Under the pieces are notes generated by a model. It did no database searches and was not told where the DNA came from. It saw nothing but the letters and a program-made list of their open reading frames with translations. A stretch of 64,000 nucleotides of DNA from Dehalococcoidia bacterium. Its GTDB lineage: Bacteria > Chloroflexota > Dehalococcoidia > DSTF01 > WHTK01. Both the position numbers and the translations under genes were made by a program. Positions 37,528 to 48,127 of the stretch are shown in pieces. The stretch spans positions 3,812-67,811 of the forward strand of contig CBDCMQ010000007.1 in the NCBI GenBank assembly GCA_965219205.1. Direction: 5' to 3'. Numbering within the stretch: the stretch's first letter is position 1; the number at the start of each line of letters is the position of its first letter.

Positions 37528-38856
37528 ATGACCATCGCCGACCGCCACACTGAAATGCGCGGACTCGTGGACCCGGAAACTGCTTTGGTCGACCGCCGGA
37601 TCTTCTCTGACCAGGAGATCTATGAAATGGAATTGGAACAGATCTTCGCGCGCGCCTGGAACTTCATGTGCCACGACTCCCAGATCCCCAATCCGGGCGA
37701 TTTCTTCATGACAGTCATCGGTGAAGACCGGGTCATCGTCGTCCGCGATGACGATGGCATGGCCCAGGTTCTGGTCAATACCTGCCGCCACCGCGGCAAC
37801 GCGATCTGCCGGGCGGACGAGGGCCACGCCACATCATTTATGTGCACCTACCACGGCTGGACCTACGACTTGAAAGGTGCGCTGGTTGGAGTGCCTGGCT
37901 TCAAAGAGGTGTATCACGAGGAACTCGACCGCGAGAACTGGGGACTGATCAAGGCTAACACGATCTCCTACAACGGCTTTGTCTTCGCCTGCTTAGACCC
38001 AGAAGCACCAGAGCTTTACGACTACCTCGGTGAAGTCGGGCGCCTAAGCCTCGACTACCTTGCCGTCCGCGGGGAAATCCAAGTCGTTGGCGGCGTGCAG
38101 AAGTACACCATTCCCTGAAACTGGAAGCTCGCGGCCGATAACGTCTGGGACTACTACCACACAACTACCAGCCATGCGTCATCGATCGCCGCGCGTCCCA
38201 CCGGCAACCGCAGCGGTATGAGCATAATCCAGGACCCCAAACGCTTCACCCAACCTCACATAGTCATTCTTGGCGAATACGGCCACGCGATCAGTGGGTA
38301 CCACGTCACGCCGGACTCGGATTCCCTGGGCGCGATCAACGCTCGCAATGACGCCTGGCGCGAGACTCCGGAAGCCAAACGGGTTCTCGGGCCTGTGGGA
38401 GGCAGCCACGCCGGCCACCCTCACGTCTTTCCCAATATGTGGATGACGGGCAACCAAATCAGCATGCGCTTTCCCAAGGGCCCCACTACGACCGAAATCT
38501 GGTGGTTCACCCTTCTGCAGAAAGAGCTTTCTCCGGAAGACAGGAAAACCAAGGTTCAGGGAGCCAACCGCGCCTTCGGACCTGCCGGAATGCTGGAACA
38601 GGAAGACGGCGAAAACTGGGGCGAAAGCACCAAGGGATCTGGCGGAACTATCAGTTGCCGGTGGCCGCTCAATTATTCGATGAACCTCGGTCTGGGCACG
38701 GTAATCGATGACGAGACCGGCCCGCCCCATATCGAGACCCGGATTAACGAGCACGCCCAACTCTGGCTGTACCGCGCTTGGGCCGACTGGATGAGTGCAG
38801 ACAGTTGGTCCCAGCTCAAGGCCGACCACACTCCCGTCCCCCGGGACACGGTCTAA
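37528..38856 (+). pseudogene. Rieske oxygenase alpha subunit paralog 7 with single in-frame TGA (38116-38118) at the conserved Cys of TIPCNWK; otherwise intact
   Basis: MTIADRHTEM..CRHRGNAICRADEGH..TIP*NWKLAADNVWDYYH.. same frame continues to 38856. Confidence 0.7.
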
Positions 38857-39046
38857 GCACAGCGCCTTACGCACCATTGCGGCCAAGGTAGAAAAAAACC
38901 AGGCCTCATGGTCAGCAAGGCCGTCCAGCAGACGTCTTCTGGATGAATTTTGTCTAGGCACTGGACGACTTCATGCGATCTCGCGCGCCCAGCGATTCGC
39001 GTGACAGGTTGGTCTTTCAGGTGGTTCAATTACAAGAGAGCCGTGA

Positions 39047-40402
39047 AAAACCAGGCCGATAGCTGGAAAGGCTACATCACTGACCCTGCTAGGAAACCAG
39101 GAGAAAATCGTCGGTCTGGTCGACCCGGAAAAGGGCCTGGTGGACCGCCGCATCTTCTCCGACCAGGAGATTTACGACCTGGAACTTGAACAGATCTTCG
39201 CCCGCGCCTGGAACTTCATCTGCCACGACTCCCAGATCCCCAGCCAAGGCGATTTCTTCATGAGTTACATTGGTGAGGATCGTGTCATCTGTGTGCGGGA
39301 CAACGATGGCAACCCCCAAGTCCTGATCAACTCCTGCCGCCACCGCGGCAACGCGATTTGTCGGGCAGATGAAGGCCACGCCACCTCCTTCGTGTGCACC
39401 TACCACGGCTGGACCTATGATCTAAAGGGTGCGCTTGTCGGCGTGCCTGGCTTTAAAGAGGTGTACCACGAGGAACTCGACCGCGAGAACTGGGGCCTGA
39501 TCAAGGCCAGCGCTGTCTCCTACAAGGGCTTCGTTTTTGCCTGCCTCGATCCCGAAGCGCCCGAGCTCTACGAGTATCTCGGCGAAGTCGGACGCATGAG
39601 CCTCGACTACCTTGCCGTACGCGGCGAAATGGAAATAGTTGGTGGTGTGCAAAAGTACACCATCCCCTGCAACTGGAAGCTCCCCGTCGATAACGTCTGG
39701 GACTTCTACCACTCGACAACCACTCATTTTTCTTCAATCGCCGCGCGCCCCCCAGGTGTCACCACGATTCCAATCCACGATCCGACGCGCTTCACCCAGC
39801 CCCACGTCACCATCCTGGGTGAATACGGTCACGCCATCAGCGGCTACCAGCTTACGCCGGAATCAGAGTCGATTGGCGCCATAAACGCCCGCAATGACGC
39901 CTGGCGCCAGGAACCCGAAGCCAAGCGAATCCTCGGCCCGGTTGGCAGCAGCCACGCCGGACACCCGCACATCTTCCCCAACATGTGGATAACCGGAAAC
40001 CAGGTCAGCATGCGCTTCCCAAAGGGCCCCGCGAAGACCGAGATTTGGTGGTTCTGCCTTCTGCAGAAGGAACTCTCTGCGGCGGAACGCCAGGCCAGAC
40101 TGACCAACGCCAACCACGCATTCGGACCGGCCGGCATGCTGGAGCAGGAAGACGGCGAAAACTGGGGCGAAAGCCCCAGGGGCGCTATCGAGACCATCAG
40201 CCGCCGCTGGCCGCTCAATTACTCAATGAACCTCGGCCGCGGCACCGTGATCGATGACGAAACCGGCCCCCCCACGTGTCGAAACTCGGATCAACGAGCA
40301 CGCTCAGGTCTGGCTCTACCGCGCCTGGGCCGACTGGATGGGCGCCGATGGTTGGGACCAGCTCAAGACCAACCATACGCCTGTCCCGCGAGACGTGGTG
40401 TA
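39047..40402 (+). pseudogene. Rieske oxygenase alpha subunit paralog 8: 5' end replaced (no MTIAYR start) and +2 frameshift near 40272-40280
   Basis: ..QEKIVGLVDPEKGLVDRRIF.. without start; ..GPPTCRNSDQ.. instead of ..GPPHIETRINEHAQ; correct C-terminus readable in another frame to 40402. Confidence 0.65.
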
Positions 40403-40410
40403 GGAAGGCT

Positions 40411-40737
40411 ATGGCCTCACTGGATGCGATCGGTATCGTCGTCAGAGACATCGAGGTAGCAGCCCGCTTCTACCGGCTCCTTGGCCTGAATTTTCCCGAG
40501 GGCGGTGGCGACCACATAGAGGCCACGGCTCCCAGTGGCTTGCGCGTAATGCTGGACTCTCTCGAACTGGTCAAACGCACGACTCCCGAATGGACCGAGC
40601 CGGCCGGCAACCGCATCATTCTGGCCTTCCTGTGTGATTCGTCCGCTGGCGTCGACATGACCTTTGCAAAAATCACCGAGGCAGGCTATGCCGCCAAAAC
40701 CGCGCCCTGGGATGCGTTCTGGGGCCAAATTACATAG
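40411..40737 (+). CDS. VOC/glyoxalase-family protein (short; C-terminus possibly truncated)
   Basis: MASLDAIGIVVRDIEVAARFYRLLGLNF.. Confidence 0.5.
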   Translation: MASLDAIGIVVRDIEVAARFYRLLGLNFPEGGGDHIEATAPSGLRVMLDSLELVKRTTPEWTEPAGNRIILAFLCDSSAGVDMTFAKITEAGYAAKTAPWDAFWGQIT

Positions 40738-40842
40738 AATCGAAGTCCGAAATCCCGAGTTCCGGGATCGGCAACTAGCCTTGTTCCGTACGAGAACAAA
40801 CTCGTTGCTTGAATGCAGTCCGCTACCCTAGTATCAAGGGCA

Positions 40843-41586
40843 ATGCGAATCGTTGCCTGGAACATCAGAGCCGGTGGTGGCGTCCGGGTTGACGGCATCC
40901 ACGCCCAAATCCAACGCTGGCAGCCGGACATCGTTTGTCTCTGTGAGTTTCGGGCCACACCTCCAAGTCTCCAACTGGCCGAAGAACTAGCAAACCTTGG
41001 TCTTAGCCACCAGGAGACGACCGCAACTGCCGCGACACCTGCCCGAAACAGCCTGCTTCTAGCGTCGGGATGGCCCCTCCGGCGCATCGCCCTGCGCCAG
41101 GGGCCCTCAGAACCCGGACGCTGGCAGGCGGTCGCAATCAACGCCGACCAACCCTTCGTTCTTGGGCAGATGCACATCCCCAACATGGTCACGGGACGCA
41201 AGCCAACTTTTCAGGAAGCCGTTGAAACGCTCGCAACGCGCTGGCGCCGCGGCCCGGCCGTTTTCCTCGGCGATACGAACTGTGGCTGACCTGGTATCGA
41301 CGAAGAGCGGCCGGTATTCGGCCCTGAAACCAAACGTTGGCTCGATTCGCTGGCCGGGCTCGGTTGGCGCGATGCGTTTCGCTATCTGAAAGCAGAGGAG
41401 CGCTTTTATACCTGGTACTCACCCAATGGTGGCAACGGCTTTCGTCTAGACCAGGCTTTCATCAATCGGACGATGATTGGCCGGCTCAAAGACGCCGGCT
41501 ATGCCTGGGGCCAGCAGGAAAGAGATGAGCAACCGCGAAGGGAGGCCCTGAGTGACCACGCCGCTCTTCTCCTTGACCTCGACTGA
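40843..41586 (+). pseudogene. Endonuclease/exonuclease/phosphatase (EEP) family protein with single in-frame TGA (41287-41289)
   Basis: MRIVAWNIRAGGG..DIVCLCEF..LGDTNCG*PGIDEERPVFGPE..FRLDQAF..LSDHAALLLDLD in one frame. Confidence 0.6.
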
Positions 41587-41736
41587 CCGAGGCGCCCACA
41601 CATCACCAACCGGTCTATGCGAAAGCGGCGATTAAGCCGGCGATTATCCCGGCTGTCGCCGCCAATATCACCAGCATGCTGCCAGGGCCGCGATAGTCAC
41701 GCGGCAGCGGGCGCAGCAGGTCCGCCATCCTGCCGG

Positions 41737-42369
41737 CTACTTCCATCGGCGGGGCCGAGAGTTCCAGGTCACGGTGGGCTTGAGGCCGGCTCTGTCCATC
41801 GTTTCTTTGACGTAGCCAATTGCACGCATTACTTGGGGGACCATCGAGACGCTTTGGCGCTTGGCAGGTGTGCCTCCTCTGGACACCGCAGCCAGTGCTC
41901 GCCCAATCGCGGACTCGTCGCGTGCCCAAAGGCTGCGGAACCATACCTCTCCGCTGCTGTCGATCAGGTAGGCCGTGTTCGGTTTGCTATCCAGTTCCTT
42001 GTGCAAGCTTCCGTCTATGTCATCGACAACCACGGGCCAGGGTATGTCGTAAAGCTCTCGCAGTCCTCTTGCGTGTTCGATTTTCTCTGCCGAAGTGCCC
42101 GGCTGCGGCACGTTCTCTCCCGGGTGAGCCTCTCGGACATTGAGCGTGACGAAGTCAACTTCGGCGCCGAATTCCCGAAAGAGTCGCATCAATGTCGGCA
42201 TCGAGCTGGCCGTCATCGGGCAAGTCAGCGACCCGGTCACGAGCAGGACAGGCTTGCCTGTGACCAAGTTACTCACCGAGACCGCTTTTCCGTCAAGCCC
42301 GGCAATTGTCAAATTCGGAACCTTCTGGCCGGGCTTAAGGGCGGATCCGCCGTATCGCATGTCTCGCAT
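41737..42369 (-). CDS. Thioredoxin-fold (redoxin/AhpC-TSA-like) protein, single active-site Cys (TCP)
   Basis: ..KPVLLVTGSLTCPMTASSMPTL.. thioredoxin-like fold signature; start position uncertain (42369 or 42531). Confidence 0.5.
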   Translation of the reverse strand: MRDMRYGGSALKPGQKVPNLTIAGLDGKAVSVSNLVTGKPVLLVTGSLTCPMTASSMPTLMRLFREFGAEVDFVTLNVREAHPGENVPQPGTSAEKIEHARGLRELYDIPWPVVVDDIDGSLHKELDSKPNTAYLIDSSGEVWFRSLWARDESAIGRALAAVSRGGTPAKRQSVSMVPQVMRAIGYVKETMDRAGLKPTVTWNSRPRRWK

Positions 42370-42511
42370 AAGAAGCGGGACCGTAAAATGCCTGTAACGA
42401 TAGCGGTCCGTAACGCCGCCACTTTCAACCTGAGTAACTAGAGCTTCTTTCACCTTCAACCCCTTTGTTTCTTGCTCTGAAATCTGTCTATCCGCTGCTT
42501 CAAGCCACCGG

Positions 42512-43645
42512 TTACGATGCCGCCGGATCAAAACTCGCGGTTTTGAGAATTACCAAAGTCTCTTGGAGTTGGCTGTCGCGGTAGAAAGTGACGCGCAGCG
42601 CGGCACCTCGGTCGTACTCTGAGAGGATCTGTAGCAAATCCCCGCTGTTCCGGACTGCCTTGCCAGACACCTCGATGATGATGTCGAATGCTTCCAGTCC
42701 TGCCGTGGCCGCTGGGGAGTTGGGTTCAACCACGCTGATCGCGGCGCCGGTTCGGGTAGGTAGCGAAAAATTGGCCGCCGCTTCCGGTGTAACGTCTACC
42801 AGAATCGCACCGAGGAAGGCTCGCTGCACTTTGCCGTGAGCCAGCAGTTCTTCGACGATCGACTTTGCCAGGTCAATCGAGATCGCAAAGCCGATGTCGG
42901 CAGTCCCGTCGATTACGGCAGTATTGATGCCTATCACTCGGCCGAACTCGTCCACAAGCGGGCCGCCACTGTTTCCCGGGTTAATGCTCGCATCCGTCTG
43001 AATCGCTCCGCCGATTGAGTAGGGTTCTAGCCGAATCGCCCTGTTTTTGACGCTGACAACACCGCGGGTCACGCTGGGCTCACCCGCGAGACCAAGGGCA
43101 TGGCCGATTGCTACAACGTCCGCTCCGACCTCAAGGGTCCCTGAGTCACCTAAAGTAGCTGAGCTCAGTCCGGGCGCATCAATTCTGATCAGCGCAAGGT
43201 CTGTCGGCGGATCCGTCCCAACGATTCGGGCAGGGAACTGGCGGGCGTCACTCAACGTGACCACTATTTCGATGTCTTGGAGATCATCTCCGGCAACGAC
43301 GTGATTGTTCGTGATGATCAGACCGCTCGAGTCAATGATCAGACCAGTCCCAACCCCATGGGTTGATTGAGGACCGCTAGGCTCGTCGACATCTATAGCA
43401 TCCACATCGATTCTTACGACAGATGAATTCACCCGGCGTACAATCTCGACCGTCGATAGCGGGGATTCAACGACCGGATTCACAGGCAATGTCTGAGCCA
43501 GGTCTGATACGGACGCCGGTGATTCAACCACGGTTGGGGTGTCGGTTGAGCCATCACGTGCCGCTGCTCCACAGCCAATTGCCAGTACCGCCGTCGCGGC
43601 AGTCAGGCCAATAAAAAATCGTGGCAATCGCATCTCAGAAACCAC
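42512..43645 (-). CDS. HtrA/DegP-family trypsin-like serine protease with C-terminal PDZ domain, lipoprotein-type signal
   Basis: GNSGGPL catalytic Ser motif, His/Asp regions, PDZ-like C-terminus, N-terminal LAIGCG. Confidence 0.8.
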   Translation of the reverse strand: MVSEMRLPRFFIGLTAATAVLAIGCGAAARDGSTDTPTVVESPASVSDLAQTLPVNPVVESPLSTVEIVRRVNSSVVRIDVDAIDVDEPSGPQSTHGVGTGLIIDSSGLIITNNHVVAGDDLQDIEIVVTLSDARQFPARIVGTDPPTDLALIRIDAPGLSSATLGDSGTLEVGADVVAIGHALGLAGEPSVTRGVVSVKNRAIRLEPYSIGGAIQTDASINPGNSGGPLVDEFGRVIGINTAVIDGTADIGFAISIDLAKSIVEELLAHGKVQRAFLGAILVDVTPEAAANFSLPTRTGAAISVVEPNSPAATAGLEAFDIIIEVSGKAVRNSGDLLQILSEYDRGAALRVTFYRDSQLQETLVILKTASFDPAAS

Positions 43646-43676
43646 CTCAACAAAACAACGCGGGCACCTCAGCTCG

Positions 43677-43715
43677 CTCTCTTAGATATACCCCTGGGGG
43701 GTATATCTAAGAGAG
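43677..43715. promoter_or_regulatory. Perfect palindrome, 18-bp arms + 3-nt spacer (ctctcttagatatacccc tgg ggggtatatctaagagag) upstream of htrA-like gene
   Basis: Direct sequence inspection; candidate operator. Confidence 0.35.
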
Positions 43716-43937
43716 GTGCTCTAGGAGCTTATTTCTGTGACTCTCCTCACATTGAAGTGAGTCTCTGAGCTGAAGGAGAAGGTGGTTGAGGCCGGGTTTG
43801 CGGTCTGGCTGAAGCCTTTATCAAAAACGTAGGAAAGGCCGCTGCCTTTGACTGATCGGAAAATGCGTCCAGCGGCTTGAAGAACGGAGGCAAGGCCTCA
43901 CCGGACTACAAGCCGCCGCAACTAGACATCGTAAGGG

Positions 43938-44378
43938 CTAAGCTGCCTCGGCCTGCTCCTTGATGTTGCTGGCCGTTGTCACCACTTCTTCGGAGAAGTC
44001 CAGACCGCTCATTGCCTTCATCATTGGCGCGATCATCATTGCGCTCTTGAACCTGGCGGTCACCTTGGATGCGTTTTCCCCAGCTGGGTCAATCGAGATG
44101 CTGACTCTCATGGGCATCATCATCATGTGAGCCATGGCCGGCCCCGCATTCCAGGCAATCTGCCGGTTCGTATCCACTGTCCCAAATCGCAGACTCCCAC
44201 CGTTGGCGTTGCCGAGCTGTACCCTCATCCTGCGGCCAACTGTAATCGGACCCGACTCCTTTTCCTCTGTGCTCTTTATCGGCGACAGCCAGTTCAACAG
44301 GTTTTCAGCATTGCTGATTACCGACCAAACCTTCGCCGGGGCCGCGTTCACCGTCACACTGTGCTCATTTATTGGCAT
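43938..44378 (-). CDS. SRPBCC-superfamily protein (polyketide cyclase/AHSA1-like fold)
   Basis: ..VNAAPAKVWSVISNAENLLNWLSP.. Confidence 0.5.
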   Translation of the reverse strand: MPINEHSVTVNAAPAKVWSVISNAENLLNWLSPIKSTEEKESGPITVGRRMRVQLGNANGGSLRFGTVDTNRQIAWNAGPAMAHMMMMPMRVSISIDPAGENASKVTARFKSAMMIAPMMKAMSGLDFSEEVVTTASNIKEQAEAA

Positions 44379-44705
44379 CTCCAAACTCCGTTCTCTTTCT
44401 CTCTGGGTACCCCAGATACTTGATGCGAGTGGCCTGTTACCTTTTTTCAGGCACACTCCTCCGTCTCAATCCTGTCCCGCGGCCATCTCTCGAACCCTCG
44501 TCATTTGGAATCGAAGCACGATGATAATCGCGTAGAGGAACATAGTTATCCCGGCCAGCATGATGGCCACACCAACGAATCGAAGCGGATCCACCCAGGT
44601 TTCCCAGCTCTGGAGACTCGCTAAATCGTTCATCAGTTCTGTAGTCACCTGGCCGGTGAAACAATCGTTGTCGTCAGCTGCGGCGCAATAAACTCGGCGG
44701 CTCTC

Positions 44706-45427
44706 CTTTTGCGCTCAGCCAATGACAAACATCCCGCTGGCCTCGCCAACCGCTCCGATCAAGTCGGCCGTAATTACATGGCACACAACAATACGGCCAT
44801 GCTCGCCGTCTCGCGCAGACCCAACCCCAGCAAGTTCACCAAGACTCTCGGACTCAACGACTTCTACTGGGGTGCCGACGACTTCGAATTTCCTCTCGGT
44901 CACATCCAGACGCTCGGCAAATCACTCCCGGCTCAGCTCGAAAGCGATGCGCCACGTCTCAAGCTGCCTGGCGTCGGCCGTACCCTCGACTACATCGCAC
45001 AGCACTCGGTTGATTGGTGGGCGACGACTGAAGACCTCGCCCGGCCGGAAAACCGTGTCACGCTGGATGCCCAGACACCATCGTCCTCAGCTACACTCCA
45101 AACAACACGGTTCCGCATCAACGCCTAATCGACCGTCTCAAAAAGGCGATAGAGCACATCGACGGCGAAACTCACATTCTGGCCCAGGCTGTCTATCTCA
45201 AAAAGCAGATTCCCGTCGCCGGCGTGGCCCACCAATGCGGCACACTTCGCTTCGGAACCGACCCGGATACCTCGGTTCTGGACGTCAATTGCAAGGCCCA
45301 CGACCTTGACAATCTCTATGCTGTCGATTCCAGCTTCTTCCCTTCAAGCTCGGCCACCAATCCTTCTCTGACCATCATCGCCAACGCTCTCCGGGTTGGA
45401 GACCTGCTTCGGGAACGGCTTCATTAG
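44706..45427 (+). pseudogene. GMC-family oxidoreductase, C-terminal remnant with internal frameshift (no FAD-binding N-terminus present)
   Basis: ..HQCGTLRFGTDPDTSVLDVNCKAHDLDNLYAVDSSFFPSSSATNPSLTIIANALRV.. matches GMC C-terminal signature. Confidence 0.5.
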
Positions 45428-45653
45428 AGGGTCAGCTCTGAAGACCAGCCATCTATCAAAGTTCAAGAGGTCAATTTGTCGGGCTGGAGAGGCCTGCGGC
45501 TGCGCCTCAAGCCGGCGGTCGAGTCCTGAGCCTAAGACTGGGCGGTGCGGAGGCGTTTTTTCTAGTCTCGCTACTCTGCGTGGCGCCAAGTCGACAAAAA
45601 AGATCTTCGTTTTGGGTATTTCATGATGTTAATCAATAACATATGCTGCTACC

Positions 45654-46259
45654 ATGAAACGCAACTACGACGGAACTCGCCGGGCTGATGCCGCTAAACG
45701 TACCCGCGACCAGATTGTCGCCGCCGCCTTTCGGCTCCACGGTGGCGGCATCATCGATATGGACGCCCTGGCCGACGAAGCAGACGTGTCCGGCGCCACC
45801 GTCAGAAAACATTTCCCCACACGCGAGACCGTCTTCGAGAACTGCACGGCCTATGGTTTCCACCTCGTTCCAGCGCCAGACCTGGAACTAATTCGCCAAA
45901 TCGAAGACCCTGCTGGCCGAACGCGGCAGGCAGTCCACGAAGCATATTCCTTTCACGAGGCTCTTCTCGGCCAAACCTGGAGCTCATTCAAGTACGAGCA
46001 CGAGTCACCTGCCCTGGCAAACGCGCTGGTTCAGATGGAAAACTTAACCTCACTGATCGCCGGGGCCGTTCTCGAAGTTTGGCCCAGCGCCGATCACACC
46101 AGTCGTGGCCTGCTTCTCGCTATGCTCGGCCCACTGAGCTACCGTGCTCTGCGGGTGGACGGCGGTCTAACATTGGCCAAGGCAATCGACCAAACTACCG
46201 CCATGCTGGTCGGCGTTTTGACCAGCGGCGCTTCCCGAGAGGAGGCTGCTTATCGTTAA
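45654..46259 (+). CDS. TetR/AcrR-family transcriptional regulator
   Basis: N-terminal HTH ..TRDQIVAAAFRLHG..; 201 aa. Confidence 0.75.
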   Translation: MKRNYDGTRRADAAKRTRDQIVAAAFRLHGGGIIDMDALADEADVSGATVRKHFPTRETVFENCTAYGFHLVPAPDLELIRQIEDPAGRTRQAVHEAYSFHEALLGQTWSSFKYEHESPALANALVQMENLTSLIAGAVLEVWPSADHTSRGLLLAMLGPLSYRALRVDGGLTLAKAIDQTTAMLVGVLTSGASREEAAYR

Positions 46260-46413
46260 CATCGCCTTCGCCCGGAGCTAACCGTCGAACAAGAAGATTC
46301 ACATGAGCTGCTGGTTTAGCAGACTGGTTTCTTGCGTCGAAAATTTGGCGGCGCTCACCTCGGAGCAAGCCAAAATCTACAGTGAAGAATGAGCAATCAG
46401 GAGGAATCCACAA

Positions 46414-47220
46414 ATGGAAAAGCCGATCAAAGTTACGCATGACATTCACGTACTACCATCTCATTTCCCCATTCCCGGCCTCGGAGTGGTGCCGGTGAAC
46501 GCTTTCGTCCTCAAGGCAGAGCAACCCGTCTTGGTCGACACGGGTCTGCACCAGGACAGTGGCACCTTCCTTGAAGCGCTGGAGTCGGTCATTGACCCAC
46601 CCGACCTGCGTTGGCTCTGGCTCACTCACACGGACCAAGACCACGTCGGCAGCCTCAGGGCCATACTCGACCTGCTGCCCGACCTCCGTCTGGTCACTAC
46701 ATTTCTAGGCTACGGCATTTTGAGCCTCTTCGAGACGGTGGCGCTGGACCGGATCTACCTGCTCAATCCAGGCCAACAACTCGATGTCGGCAACCGGACC
46801 CTAACCGCGGTGAAACCACCTACCTTCGATAATCCGGCGACTACCGGCTTCTTTGACAGCAAGTCAAGGGCGCTGTTCAGCTCCGACTGTTTTGGCGCCC
46901 TTCTCTCAGCCCTAGCCCATGACGCGCGTGAACTCGATGAATCTACGCTTCGCGAGCAGATGACACTGTGGACGAGCCTAGATTCGCCCTGGCTCCACAA
47001 GGTTGATCAGGGGAAATTCGCCAACGAGCTCGAAAACGTCCGTCAGCTCGAGGCTGAGCTTCTGCTAAGCTCCCACCTGCCACCAGCGCGTGGTCTCATC
47101 AACGCCTTCCTGGCCAATCTCGCCGGCGTGCCGGACGCCGCACCTTTCGTCGGACCCGATCAGGAGCCTCTTACGGCGATGCTCGCGGGCATGACCGGCG
47201 GAACAGCCGCCCCCGCCTGA
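46414..47220 (+). CDS. MBL-fold metallo-hydrolase
   Basis: ..LTHTDQDHVG.. (HxHxDH-type motif). Confidence 0.7.
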   Translation: MEKPIKVTHDIHVLPSHFPIPGLGVVPVNAFVLKAEQPVLVDTGLHQDSGTFLEALESVIDPPDLRWLWLTHTDQDHVGSLRAILDLLPDLRLVTTFLGYGILSLFETVALDRIYLLNPGQQLDVGNRTLTAVKPPTFDNPATTGFFDSKSRALFSSDCFGALLSALAHDARELDESTLREQMTLWTSLDSPWLHKVDQGKFANELENVRQLEAELLLSSHLPPARGLINAFLANLAGVPDAAPFVGPDQEPLTAMLAGMTGGTAAPA

Positions 47221-47232
47221 TCCTGGGAGCCC

Positions 47233-47287
47233 AAAAAAGTCACGGCTTGAGAGGACTGTGTTAATGCTTCCCAAGCCGTGACTTTTC
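47233..47287. terminator. Bidirectional terminator-like hairpin between convergent genes (aaaagtcacggcttg ... caagccgtgactttt)
   Basis: 15-bp perfect stem flanked by A/T runs. Confidence 0.5.
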
Positions 47288-47476
47288 ATGAACCAAGCCC
47301 AACGATACCTTCGGACGCGGATTCGCATCGCTGGCCGTACCCTTCACCCAACGGCAATTCTGGGTGATTCGGGTTTGTGCACCACGCGCCGCAGGTGAGG
47401 TCGGGCTGGGACTGGCCAGTGCAGCCAGATCACAGGCAGCATCCGGCGATGAAGATTGCCAAAGAATCCCCATCCA

Positions 47477-47980
47477 TTAACCCAGCTGCCTGACATAGAA
47501 AAACATATCCACGTCTCCCGGCGATTGGCCGAGCTGGGTCAACCGCACGCTGGCTTCGCTGCGAAACTGCGTGCCGTGATTGACCACGTGAGCGATCATT
47601 GCCCATAGCGGCTGGGTTTCAGTCGGGCCGTCTCTAAGGGAAAAACTAACCGGCCCGGCAACCTGCTCATCGCTAAGCCCGGCGAGGAAAGCGCGCTGCC
47701 TCTCCTCCTCGCCGACCCAGTGTTCACGTAGCTTCGCCAAGTCCGGCGTGTTCTCTGGATTCAGGCGCTCCGGCGCCACATCGCCGCGCCAGCGCGCCAC
47801 CCAACCACGCTCGGCACCGAGCGTGTGCAACAGCGTGGTATGCAGACTGCCAAAACTGAGACCGTCAGCCGTCGCAAAGTAGTCCGCGTCACTAACCTCG
47901 GCCGACTTATCCAGCACCAATTTGTTGGCCCATGCGTTGTAGTCGAAAAGCAGCCGAGCGTACTCGTTGTTCATCGCCAT
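47477..47980 (-). CDS. DinB/YfiT-like family protein
   Basis: ..YARLLFDYNAWANKLVL.., ..HVVNHGTQFRSE.. Confidence 0.55.
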   Translation of the reverse strand: MAMNNEYARLLFDYNAWANKLVLDKSAEVSDADYFATADGLSFGSLHTTLLHTLGAERGWVARWRGDVAPERLNPENTPDLAKLREHWVGEEERQRAFLAGLSDEQVAGPVSFSLRDGPTETQPLWAMIAHVVNHGTQFRSEASVRLTQLGQSPGDVDMFFYVRQLG

Positions 47981-48127
47981 TCCCTCAATTCCATGATCTA
48001 TCGCCAGGGATTTCCTCGCCGCGGTTCGCGTCTTCAACGCTGTCGTGATTATAGGTGTTTGGCCTGCCTCGTCGGCTAAAATCACACTGTTCAACTTCAC
48101 GCGAAAGGAAAGCCAGGAGGAGAAGAA

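Noticed and set aside
38116-38118. Selenocysteine recoding of the TGA at the conserved Cys of Rieske paralog 7
   Set aside because: No obvious SECIS-like stem-loop immediately downstream. The other two in-frame TGAs are not at Cys positions. TGA functions as an ordinary stop in coupled genes here (for example 13996-13999 and 13098). Kept only as a low-probability alternative.
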